DNA of 64,000 nucleotides, from contig NC_057740.1 of NCBI RefSeq assembly GCF_004010195.1, forward strand, positions 43,331,633 through 43,395,632, given 5' to 3'. Under the pieces are notes generated by a model. The model was not told the origin of the DNA and did no database searches. It saw only the letters and a list, made by a program, of their open reading frames with translations. The stretch is from Chiloscyllium plagiosum (taxonomy: Eukaryota). Positions within the stretch are counted from its first letter, which is position 1. The number at the start of each line of letters is the position of its first letter. Below, in pieces: positions 47,769-58,977 of the stretch. Made by a program: the position numbers and the translations under genes.

Positions 47769-47985
47769 AAAACAGGTTTTAGCCACCAAGGCAGAAGCAG
47801 ATAAAGATGGCGTGAAGGTACCAACCACTTTGGCGGAATATTGTGTCAAGACTAAAGCCCCTCCACATGACAATAGTTCGGACTTGCTGTATGATGACCT
47901 GTACGACGATGATATGGATGATGAAGATGATGGTGATGCTGATTACTATGATGACGATGACGACTCAGGAAATGAAGAATCATGA
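47769..47985 (+). CDS. CDC34: CDC34/UBE2R exon 5 (acidic tail, stop)
   Basis: tttctcag|A AAA CAG...KQVLATKAEADKDGVKVPTTLAEYCVKTKAPPHDNSSDLLYDDLYDDDMDDEDDGDADYYDDDDDSGNEES*; total CDS 714 nt. Confidence 0.93.
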
Positions 47986-50180
47986 CCATCATCGGGCAGG
48001 AGGGAGGTGACCAGCTGACCCCCTCCTCCCTACTCCCCCCTCCCCTCCCCCTCCCCTCCAGGGGCTTAATGGCTGCCCTTGCTCTGAGCCTGAGACCAGG
48101 CTGCATTGCAGTATTTGTTGTCCCTCCCACCCCTTCTCCTCGGTCAATATATATATTTGGGGTCTGTCACGGCACTGCTGTTCCAAAATAAACTGTTTCC
48201 TGGCTGGGAGGGGGAGAAGAGGGGATTGGTTATTTTTGGTTGAGGGGTGGGTGGGAGGGAGGGAGGGGCTGGTTTGTATTCTCGTTTCCGGCGCTGTCTG
48301 TTTTTGAAGCCAATGGTGAAAGGTTTATGGGGGGTGTGCTGCATCGCTCCATGTAACTTGCTGATAAAGATTTGCCTCTGATGATACTAACTTTCTACCT
48401 GATAGTCTGGCCCTTTCTTCCCCTCACGTCTGTCCTGGAGTGGAGACTGTCCACTCTAGCCGCTGCTGCCAAATCACTGTCCCAGAAGCTTTCCAGTCTG
48501 ATCCTATTTGTGTTGAGTACCACTCTCTCTCAGTTGGTTACTGTCTCCGGCTGCAGTCGTGTAACTCTGCCCCTGAGTGAAGTTGAATGACCTTTCGCCA
48601 AGCCCTGGTTTCATTTCCTTGGGAGGGTATGAATTACAGGTGGCAGAGGATAGAGATCCTTTCTCTCTAGGATGATCCTATGCACCCCCTACCCTAGCCC
48701 TGTCTGCAGCTTGAAGCTTCCCTGCCACTGCCCACCTGTTAATCTGTCGGGGCTGGTTCATGTTGATTTTGGAGGCCTGAGTCTAAGGGCTGCTTCAGCA
48801 ACATGCCACTGACACTGCACACACTGATCTTGTCGCACAATCTGTCCCATAATGCTGCTGTGTTGACAGCTTTGCTGCCATTTTGTCACAAGGTTGCAGT
48901 TGATGTATTAATGATGGGACATTGTGAGATGAAAGTTTTAAAAGGATGGTTTTTTTGGTTAAACCAATGCCCTTTAATTGACGCTGTCCTGATATTAGCA
49001 ACTCTGAGCCACAACTCTCAATAAATTCCTCTGACAAGGGGGAACAGGGAGAGTGCCAGTCCTGAGTCAGCCCAGGCCAGAGGATGAATTAATTCACAGT
49101 AATTCAGTTTTGGGTTTGTTTTGCCTCTGACAATGATGGCTCCAGGTTCAAATTCAGCGTCACAGAAGAAAGGGATTCCTGTGCAACCGGAAAACAGGCC
49201 TTGTTGCCAAAACACCAAACTTCCTGACTTGGAAATTGAAGAATTAAGACCTGACTATTTCCATCATAATTAATTTTCAGAAGAATTTCTAAAACTGCAT
49301 TGCGGGATCAGTCTAAATCCTGATTCTCCACTTGAGTGACTGATCATTCTGTTTGTCTTCACACTGATTAAAATTGCAGTGTGAGTCAGCCTCTTCAGGA
49401 GAGGTGGGGGAGCCTGTACCCCATGGAGATTCACCATCTCTGGGAGGGAAATCTGCAGTTGTGGTTTTCTGGCCTGGGATGTCTGACCAGGCTCTGAGCT
49501 GGAGGGGTTGGGCCGACAGTCATTCAGTGGTGTCCTGAACTGGAATGTGAGCAATGTTCCTCCAATCTGATTTGGATAATTGATCTCAATGTGTAACATT
49601 GAGCTCCTTGAGAGCACGTTGTGAAAGGTCCCTTTTTGCTATGTGGTGATTGGCTCTCTAATAGCAAACTTTGGAGCCTTTCCTGATGCCTGGATCAGGT
49701 TTCTGCACCTTTGGCTGCTGACTGTCCAAAACCATAGCCCCTGCACTCTTCTCCCCCCCCCCCCCCCCCCCCCGCAGAGAAAGGGAGCGAGGTAGACCCT
49801 GGGCATCTGACTCTGGCTGCACTGTCTGCAGGGAACGGTTGCATGTCCCAGTGTCCCACTTGCAATCTTTGCTTGGAGGTTTTGTTTCAGATTGCGATTC
49901 CCTCATACCCAAAACCCTTGGTCTACAATGAGCTTTGCTCTGGGATTGCTCTGACTACCAGGTGAGTGCGAGTCTCCTTTTGACCTCAAGCAGCTGCTGT
50001 TCTTCCTGATGGCAGGCAGCTCGAAGCTAACCTCAATCTGAAACAGGAGGGATATTTATCAAAGAGCCCCCGTGAACAGTGGCTTTTGTCCATGTTTGCT
50101 GCAGCCGGGAGTTAGCAGTATTTTGATTTTTAGTCGTTATTTCTTTGTTTCGAAATTGAATAAAGGACTTTTCAGGAGCC
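47986..50180 (+). other. Probable long 3' UTR of CDC34 with candidate polyA signals
   Basis: Repeat-poor ~2.2 kb after the stop, with AATAAA near 48187, 49020 and 50159. The true 3' end cannot be determined from sequence alone. Confidence 0.5.
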
Positions 50181-51384
50181 TGTCTGTGTTTGTGTCACTG
50201 TGAAGCTGTTTCTGACTTGCCCTCAGTTTTGGGTGTAATCTGTGTCCTCCCCCCTTCTCTCTCCCCCCCCCCCCCCCCATACTGGGCTCCTGCTGAAACA
50301 GCTGCTGTAGTGGAAGCCTCAGGGTGACTGGAACAATTGCTGTATCCAAACGAGGCTTGTTTATGCAAAGCTTAACGTCTGAAGTCTAGTTTTATTTGGC
50401 TGTCTCTGAAGCCTGGATTAGCTTTTACCCAACCTCTTCCGGTCCTCCACTCATAGATTGACTCAGCACTGATTGATTGCAGACTACAATCCATAAATAG
50501 TGAATCAGAAACCTGAGCAAAGCCACCACAGCAGGGCACTGATCCACAGACTACAGCTCTTGTGCTTTAAAAAGCTTGGGGTTGGACTGGAATTAATTAC
50601 CAGCAGATACCTGTTTTGATTCCACCATTCTCTCTGGATTGTAGAATGGGTCCCCTTCCACCACCACCAACCCCCCCTCCCCCCAAATAAAACAACAAAA
50701 GCAATGTGTTTTGTGTGTACTTGGGGAGATGATGGCAGGGCAAAATTGGCAGTGCCTATACTTGGTAGCAATTTAAATCTTTCGAGGACCAGGCACCAGT
50801 CAATACCACCCACGTGACTCAAATCACCTTCATTCAATGGAGGTGGATTCAAGAGCGAGTCAGTTCAAAAGAAAGAACTCGCAGGCTTCCAGGCAGCAAG
50901 AGGAAAGCACCAAATGAGTTGCTTATTTACCAGTGCTGTACAATTCCGATCCAGTTATGCCTAGCGTGAGGGCACAAACCCAGTAGTTGATATTTACCCA
51001 CTTCCAACATTGACTCAATGGGATAGGTTTTTGGGGGTCTGTGGGAAATGCTTGAAAGAGGCCATCTTTGTTGCCCATTTACAATTGCCCTGGAAAAGCT
51101 TGTGGTGAGCTTCCTCCTTGAATCAAAGATATGCAGAAGGCTTTTAGGGAGGGAGTTCCAAGATTTTGACCTGGAGACACTGGAGGAATGGGGATATATT
51201 TCCAAGTGAGTGGCTTGGAAGAGAATTTCCCATGTTCCCATTTACCTGCTGCTGCTGTTCTTCTAAGAGGTGACGATTGTGTGGAAGGGGTGATTGTTAG
51301 ATTCTCTTATTGGAGATGATCTTTCCCTGGCACTAAACCAAGATATTGTCCAGATCTTACATTTGGACTTTCTGCTTCAATGTT

Positions 51385-52300
51385 GAAGAATTCTGGATGT
51401 AGGTTTGCTCACTGAGCTGGAAGGTTCATTTTCAGACATTCCATTACTATGCTAGGTAACATTTTCAGTGAGCCTCTGGATGAAGCACTGCTGATGTTTC
51501 CTGCTTTCTATTTATATGTTTGGGTTTCTTTGGGTTGGTGATGTCATTTCTTATAATGATGGCATTTCCTATTCTTTTTCTCAGGGGGTGGTAAATGGGG
51601 TCCAAGTCAATGTGTTTGTTGATAGAATTCCTGTTATGGAGGTCAGGCAGCATCCAAGGAGCAGGAGAATCGACGTTTCGGGCATGAGCCCTTCTTCAGG
51701 ATTCCAGAAGAAGGGCTCATGCCCGAAACGTCGATTCTCCTGCTCCTTGGATGCTGCCTGACCTGCTGCGCTTTTCCAGCAACACATTTTCAGCTCTGAT
51801 CTCCAGCATCTGCAGTCCTCACTTTCTCCTCGAATTCCTGTTATGTCATGCTTCTAGGAATTCTCGTGTGTTTCTCTTTCTGGCTTGTCCTAGGATGGAT
51901 GTGTTGTCCCAGTCAAAGTGGTGTCCTTTCTTATGTGTATGTAAGGATACTAGTGAGAGAGGCTCATGACGTTTTGTGGCTAGTTGATATTGATGGATCC
52001 TGGTGGCCAGGTTTCTGCCTGTTTGTCCAATATAGTGTTTGTTACAGTTCTTGCATGGTATTTTGTAAATGACATTAGTTTTGCTTGTTGTCTGTGTAGG
52101 GTCTTCCAAGTTCATTAGCTGCTGTTTTGGTGGGTTTGTGGGCTACCATGATGCCAAGGGGTCTGAGTATTCTGGCAGTCATTTCTGAGATGCCTTTGAT
52201 GTAGGGGAGAGTGGCTCGGGTTTCTGGACGTGTTTTATCTGCTTGTTTGAGTTTGTTGCTGAGAAATTGGCGGACTGTTCATTGGGTACCTGTTCTTTTT
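51385..52300 (-). mobile_element. Penelope-like family C fragment with GIY-YIG endonuclease; family A palindrome nested at 51639-51831
   Basis: NVIYKIPCKNCNKHYIGQTGRNLATRIHQYQLATKRHEPLSLVSLHTHKKGHHFDWDNTSILGQA...REFLEA is a Penelope-type GIY-YIG domain. The nested insert has TSD GAATTCCTGTTATG (51625-51638, 51832-51845). Confidence 0.88.
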
Positions 52301-53945
52301 GAATACACTGTACAGGTGATTTTCCTCTGCTCTGTGTAGTTCCTCTGTGCTGCAGTGTGTGGTGGCTCATTGAAATAATGTTCTGATGCAGCTTTGTTTG
52401 TGGATGTTGGGATGATTGAACTACAGAAGCAATATTTGGTCCGTATGTGTTGTTTACCTGTAGACTGAAGAGTTGTGACTGCTGCTGGTCATTGAGGAAA
52501 CGTCTCCACTTCTGGTGGAGGTAAGGTCATTAATAAAGCAGCTGAAGATGGTTGGGCTTGGGACACTACCCTGAAGAACTCCTGCAGAGATGCCCTGGAG
52601 ATGACTGACTTCTGACAGCCACAATCCTCCCATGTGCCAGCCATGACTCCAACCAGTGGAAATAATTACCCCAGGTCCTACTGATTCCACTTTTGCTTAG
52701 GGCTTCTTGATGTCAAGCGCAATCACTGTGTGGGAGGCAAAGGAAGAAATTATAGAAGTCTTGACATTAATTTTAAAACTCTTTAGATACAGGAGAGGTG
52801 TCAGGGGAAAATAACAAACACGGTAGTGATAAACCAGCAAACTAGAGGCCAGTGAGTCTGACATCAGTTGGGAAATAGATTAGATTAGATTACAGTGTGG
52901 AAACAGGCCCTTCGGCTCAACAAGTCCACACCGACCCGCCGAAGCGAAACCCTCCCATACCCCTACATTTACCCCTTACCTAACACTATGGGCAATTTAG
53001 TATGGCCAATTCACCCGGGTCTCTGGCGCTGTGAGGCAGCAGTGCTAACCACTGTGCCACCGTGCCGCCCACAAATAGTTGGAGAAATTTATGAGGGATA
53101 GACTGTATCTCCACTTGGAAAGAATTAATCAAGGATAGCGTAGCTTTGTCTGATGGAAATCTTATCTGTCAAATTTAATTGAATTTTTTGAGGAGGCGTC
53201 TAGCTGAATCAAGGTACGCACTGGATGTAGTCTACATGGGAGACTGGCCATCAAGGGAATCTGGCACAATTTGGCAAATTGAATCCACAGTTGGTTTAGT
53301 GACAGAAAGCGGAAAATTATGGTAAAAGGCTTTTAATGTGACTGAAAACCTGTGTCCAGTGTCTTACCATAGCATTTGGTGCTGGGTCCATCGCAGTTTG
53401 TCATGGACATCTGTGAATCATAGATTCATTAATGATTAGGACATGAATATTGTACATTTTATCAGTAAGTTTATAGGTGACACTAAAATTGGTGATGTGG
53501 TAAATAGCAAGATGGAAAACCTTGGTTTATGGGACAAATATGGACGGGCTCGTCGACGGGCAGAGCAATGGGAACTTACTCCTGAAAAATGTGAGGTGTG
53601 CATTTTGGGAGGAGTGACAGGGTAAGGTAATATATGATACATTGTAGGACCCAAGGAATTAGAGAGAATCAGAGGGACTTGATGTGCATGACCATAAATC
53701 ATTGCAGGCGACAGGACATGTGGAAAGGATGGTTAAGAGGACGTATGGGATACTTGCCTTTTACTATTATTCAAGGTGTTGAATACAAAATAAAGGAAGT
53801 TACGACAGAGCTGTGTACAACTTTAGGTCACAGCTGGAGTACAGTACACCGTTCTGGTCACCCTTCTATAGAAAAGATATGGTTCCACTGGAGGGTGAAG
53901 AGGAAATTCGTCTGCATGCTGTCTCGGCTGAAGAATTCAGCTCTG

Positions 53946-54445
53946 NNNNNNNNNNNNNNNNNNNNNNNNNNNNNNNNNNNNNNNNNNNNNNNNNNNNNNN
54001 NNNNNNNNNNNNNNNNNNNNNNNNNNNNNNNNNNNNNNNNNNNNNNNNNNNNNNNNNNNNNNNNNNNNNNNNNNNNNNNNNNNNNNNNNNNNNNNNNNNN
54101 NNNNNNNNNNNNNNNNNNNNNNNNNNNNNNNNNNNNNNNNNNNNNNNNNNNNNNNNNNNNNNNNNNNNNNNNNNNNNNNNNNNNNNNNNNNNNNNNNNNN
54201 NNNNNNNNNNNNNNNNNNNNNNNNNNNNNNNNNNNNNNNNNNNNNNNNNNNNNNNNNNNNNNNNNNNNNNNNNNNNNNNNNNNNNNNNNNNNNNNNNNNN
54301 NNNNNNNNNNNNNNNNNNNNNNNNNNNNNNNNNNNNNNNNNNNNNNNNNNNNNNNNNNNNNNNNNNNNNNNNNNNNNNNNNNNNNNNNNNNNNNNNNNNN
54401 NNNNNNNNNNNNNNNNNNNNNNNNNNNNNNNNNNNNNNNNNNNNN
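53946..54445. other. Assembly gap (500 N); further gaps at 56302-56605 and 58978-59026
   Basis: Runs of N. Confidence 1.
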
Positions 54446-54652
54446 ACACACACACACTGACTCTCACTGGGGTATGGGTCACACACACACTGACTCTCAC
54501 TGGGGTACGGGACACACACACTGACTCTCACTGGGGTACGGGACACACACACTGACTCTCACTGGGGTACCGGTCACACACATACACTCTCTCACTGGGG
54601 AACGGGACACACAGACTCTCACTGGGGTATGGGTCTCTCACACACACACACA
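54446..54652. repeat. ~31-bp minisatellite next to a gap
   Basis: Unit ACACACACTGACTCTCACTGGGGTACGGG-like, about 6 copies visible. Confidence 0.85.
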
Positions 54653-56019
54653 CCAGGAGAAACTGAGGACTGCAGGTGTGGGAGATCTGAGTGGAGAGTG
54701 TGGTGCTGGGAAAATACAGCAGGTCAGGCAGCATCCGCGGAGGAGGAGAGTCCACGTTTTACAATCAGCCCTTTTGGGCAAGATTCATGATGAAAGGCTT
54801 ATGACAAAACTTTGACTCTCCTGCCCCTCGTATGCCGCCTGACCTGCTGTTCTTTTCCAGCACCACTCTCTCGACTCACACTAACAAACACTGTCTGATT
54901 GATAGGTGTTAAAGGTTCGCATTTGAGCACAGAGGATAGGTGCTGCTGTGTGAAATTATATGACATGTCCTTGTCCAACACCTTTACGAATATAGGAACA
55001 GGAGTAGGCCATTCAGCCCCTCAGGCCTGATCTGCTGCTGCTGTGTTTTCTGGAGTTCATCATGGTTGATATTTAGCCTAACTCTATATTAGATTAGATT
55101 CCCTCCAGTATGGAAACAGGCCCTTCAGCCCAACCAGTCCACACAGACCCTACAAAGAGTAACCCACCCAGACCCATTCCCCTACCCTATAATTATCCCT
55201 GACTAATGCACCCAACCTACACATCCTAAACGCTATGGGTAACGTGGCATAGCCAATCCACCCTAACCTACACATCTCTGAATACTATGGGTAATTTGGC
55301 AGCATCGCTAACCACTGAGCCACTACATTTCTGAAATGCTAGTGTCACACTATAAAAACTGTCTGTAACTGCAGCTCGGGGAAGAGAATCCTTGACTGAA
55401 CTGAGTAGAGGGTCCGTTCTGTACCAGTCCGGTCGATAGCCGTGAGAGATAAACCAGCGTTCATTAATTTCACAAGATCTATGTAACTGAGCAGTTCTCC
55501 GACAGTCACCATTCACCCTATTCTGGGGTCCGGGAGAGGGATGGGATGGGTGGAAGTTGGGGGTTTTGAGTTGGGGTCAGAACCCCATTTCGGGTCTCAC
55601 CGATGGAGGCGGGGGCGGACGTTAAGCCTTTCGGCCCGTCACCGCAGCCCCGCCGTTCTATCTCACTCGAGGAAGTTTCTCAATGCCCGTCTCTCCTGCT
55701 TTCCCCCCATGTGACCCTCAATTCCTCCACCCCACCTTCCCTATCTCTGTCTTAAATACACTCAACCACCCACAGCTGTCTGCAACAGTGGGTTCCCCAC
55801 CCTCCGGCTGAAGACGTTTCTCTTTGTCTCTTTTCCTTCGCTTAAGGCTTTGCTCTCACGTCCTGGTCTCTCCTACCAATGAAAACATCTTCCCAACATA
55901 GAACGTTACAGCACGGTACAGGCCCATTCCCACCATTGTTCCATATTTTTTAATTCCTTTGCTTAACAAAAAATTATTTATCTCAGATTTAAAATTAACA
56001 ATTGATCTAGTATGAACTG

Positions 56020-57510
56020 ACAGCAGGACTTATACACTTAATGGTAAGGTCCTTGGAGTGTTGCTGAACAAAGAGACCTTCGAGTGTAGGCTCTTAGTTC
56101 CTTGAAATTGGAGTCACAGACCACCCCACCAACCTCCACATACAGCGTATCATCCGCCGTCACTTCCACCACCTCCAAACGGACCCCACCACCAGGGATC
56201 TATTTCCCTCCCCTCCCCTATCAGCATTCCGAAAAGACCACTCCCTCTGTGACTCCCTCGTCAGGTCCACACCCCCCACCAACCCAACCTCCACACCCGG
56301 CNNNNNNNNNNNNNNNNNNNNNNNNNNNNNNNNNNNNNNNNNNNNNNNNNNNNNNNNNNNNNNNNNNNNNNNNNNNNNNNNNNNNNNNNNNNNNNNNNNN
56401 NNNNNNNNNNNNNNNNNNNNNNNNNNNNNNNNNNNNNNNNNNNNNNNNNNNNNNNNNNNNNNNNNNNNNNNNNNNNNNNNNNNNNNNNNNNNNNNNNNNN
56501 NNNNNNNNNNNNNNNNNNNNNNNNNNNNNNNNNNNNNNNNNNNNNNNNNNNNNNNNNNNNNNNNNNNNNNNNNNNNNNNNNNNNNNNNNNNNNNNNNNNN
56601 NNNNNACACCAGCCTATCACCCTCACCTTGACCTCCTTCCACCTATCGCATTTCCAACGCCCCTCCCCCAAGTCCCTCCTCCCTACCTTTTATCTTAGAC
56701 TGCTGGACATACTTTCCACATTCCTGAAGAAGGGCTTATGCCCGAAACGTCGATTCTCTTGTTCCTTGGATGCTGCCTGACCTGCTGCGCTTTTCCAGCA
56801 ACACATTTTCAGCTCTGATCTCCAGCATCTGCAGTCCTCACTTTCTCCTCGTCACAGGTAGATAGGATAGTGAAGAAGGTGTTTGGTATGCTTTCCTTTA
56901 TTGATCAGAGCATTGAGTTAGGAGGTCATGTTGCGGCTGTATATGACATTGGTTAGGCCACTTTCGGGATATTGTGAGCAATTCTGGTCTCCCTCCCATA
57001 GGAAAGATGTTGTGAAACTTGAAAGGATTCAGAAAAGATTTACAAGGATGTTGCCAGGATTGAAGGATTTGAGCTACAGGGAAAGGCTGAACAGGCTGGG
57101 GCTGTTTTCCCTGGAGCGTCGGAGGCTGAGGGGTGACCTTATAGAGGTTTATAAAATTATGAGGGCATGGATATGGTAAATAGACAAAGTCTTTTGCCTG
57201 GGGTGGGGGAGTCCAGAGCTGGAGGGCATAGGTTTAGGGTGAGAGGGAAAAGATATAAAAGAGACCTAAGGGGCAACTTTTTCATGCAGAGTGTGGTGCG
57301 TGTATGGAATGAGCTGCCAGAGAAAGTGATGGAGGCTGGTATAATTGCAACATTTAAGAGGCATTTGGATGGGTATATGAATAGGAAGGGTTTGGAGGGA
57401 TATGGGCTGGGTGCTGGCAGGTGGGACGAGATTGGGTTGGGATATCTGGTCGGCATGGACGGGTTGGACCGAAGGACCTGTTTCTGTTCTGTACATCTCT
57501 ATGACTCTAC
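56020..57510 (+). mobile_element. Young CR1-type LINE 3' end (same subfamily as 42822-43988), split by a PLE
   Basis: MLRLYMTLVRPL...FWSPSHRKDVVKLERIQKRFTRMLPG...; nearly identical tail. Confidence 0.88.
56120..56850 (+). mobile_element. PLE family A 3' fragment (gap inside), inserted into CR1
   Basis: Internal sequence homologous to 23780-23990. Intact core CTGAAGAAGGGCTTATGCCCGAAACGTC at 56724-56751. GTCACAG is repeated on both flanks. Confidence 0.8.
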
Positions 57511-58549
57511 AACTTCCTTAACTTTCTAAGTTCCAGAGAAGACAGGCTGAAATTGTATAATCTCTCCTCATAACGTAACCCCTGAAGTCTAAGTAGCATT
57601 GTTTTAACATCCTGTGTTCCCAGCATGAGACACTGTACAGGAATCAGAAACATGTGTTCCTATCTAAGGCCAACTGTAGCTCTGCTTAGGTTCCCTAGCC
57701 TGACTTGCTACAGAAATGAGATTAAACTTGAATGTTAATTCAATGTGAACGTTTTATGTTGTGTGTTATTGGATCGTAATAGATTCATTATGGTCAACAC
57801 CAGTTTAGGGAATTAAATATAAACTTTTATTAAAGTTACACCAATTTGATTTTTAAAATAATCTGACAAGGTCGCTGAGTGTTATATAGTGATTCTTAGT
57901 ATCACAAACTAGGCAACGATTCAGCCTGTTCATATAAGATGTTTTACTAACCTCTGTAAGATGACCAAGAGTGGATTTCTGGTGTAGCTACCACAGTCAC
58001 AGTGGGGACCAGAGCAAACCTGTTCATCCACACCACCTCCTGACAGTCCCTCTTCTAGTACAACTGCTGCATTTCTTCATCTTGTCCTGGGGCGGTTGGT
58101 GAGATAATGGCTCAGATCCATCACAAAATTAATACTAATCTGTGAAGGATTGGATTCAGAGGTTTTTCTGGACGTTCTCCCCGGGAGGGTCAGACTCAGG
58201 AAGGGGACAGTGAGACCTGGAGCATCCTGAGGGACTGTTTTTACCAAAGATCTTCCTCATCAGCTTTAAATTGGGAATGTGTTTGTGGGAAAAATCACGC
58301 AGTAAGACAGCCCTGGACATTCTGCCCATCGACTGTGTGCTAGCTCGGAGGCAAAGTTATCCCATCTTTGTAATTTCGCGATTTTGTCTCATATCTGCAT
58401 TTAATTTTGTTCTGAAGCCGCTTTGGAAGTTACTAAATCTGTTAAACTTCTTCCCAACCAACTTCTACTGTTTCATCAAGGACCTCCGCCTGGATTGCAG
58501 TGTTTGGCTCTGAAGCCTGTGCAGGGAAGGCTGTGTGTTTTAGGGGGTG

Positions 58550-58977
58550 GGGGCGGTTTATTCTGTATCTCAGGCCCCGCTCATGGCGCTCACTGACGGC
58601 CTCTGGTCCCACCCGCCCCCGGGCCTTTAGGCCGCGCGGCCGCTGCCCGGAACCATCGGGCGGCGCCCAAAGCGGCTGCCCCGGACCCTGTCTGCGAGGC
58701 ACGGCCGGGGCCGGGCTCTGATTGGTTACCGGCTGGCGACGTCCCGGGGGATGGGTTTCACGGACGGACCGGAAACGGGGTGCCGCTGGGGGCGCGGAGC
58801 CGGAACCGAGAGGAAGCGCGGAGCCCGGGCTGGAGCCGCGGGTGAGGGGGAGGGGAACATGGGGGTGGGGGGAGAGCGGCGCGGCACGGCACGGCGGGGC
58901 GGCTCGGTGTGGGGCGGCTCGGTGTGCCGGACCAGGGACGGTCTTCCTTCCCTGTATCGCCCTGTTTCCCACCCATT
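58550..58977. promoter_or_regulatory. CpG-island promoter, probably bidirectional; + strand non-coding first exon ends at 58841
   Basis: GC/CpG-rich, with ATTGG at 58721 and CCGGAA at ~58769. + strand donor GCGG|gtgagg at 58841/58842; - strand donor TCA|gtgagc at 58594/58593. The downstream + gene cannot be identified in this window. Confidence 0.65.

Noticed and set aside
53634-54552. Long ORFs of 194-296 aa
   Set aside because: They are open only because they run through the 500-N gap; the flanks are CR1 and minisatellite.
55350-55510. Possible Pol III or sn/snoRNA gene (TATAAAA on +, T5 on -, repeated TGTAACTG)
   Set aside because: No match to recalled U-snRNA, Y, vault or 7SK sequences and no convincing PSE. 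The splice-site reading is better supported.
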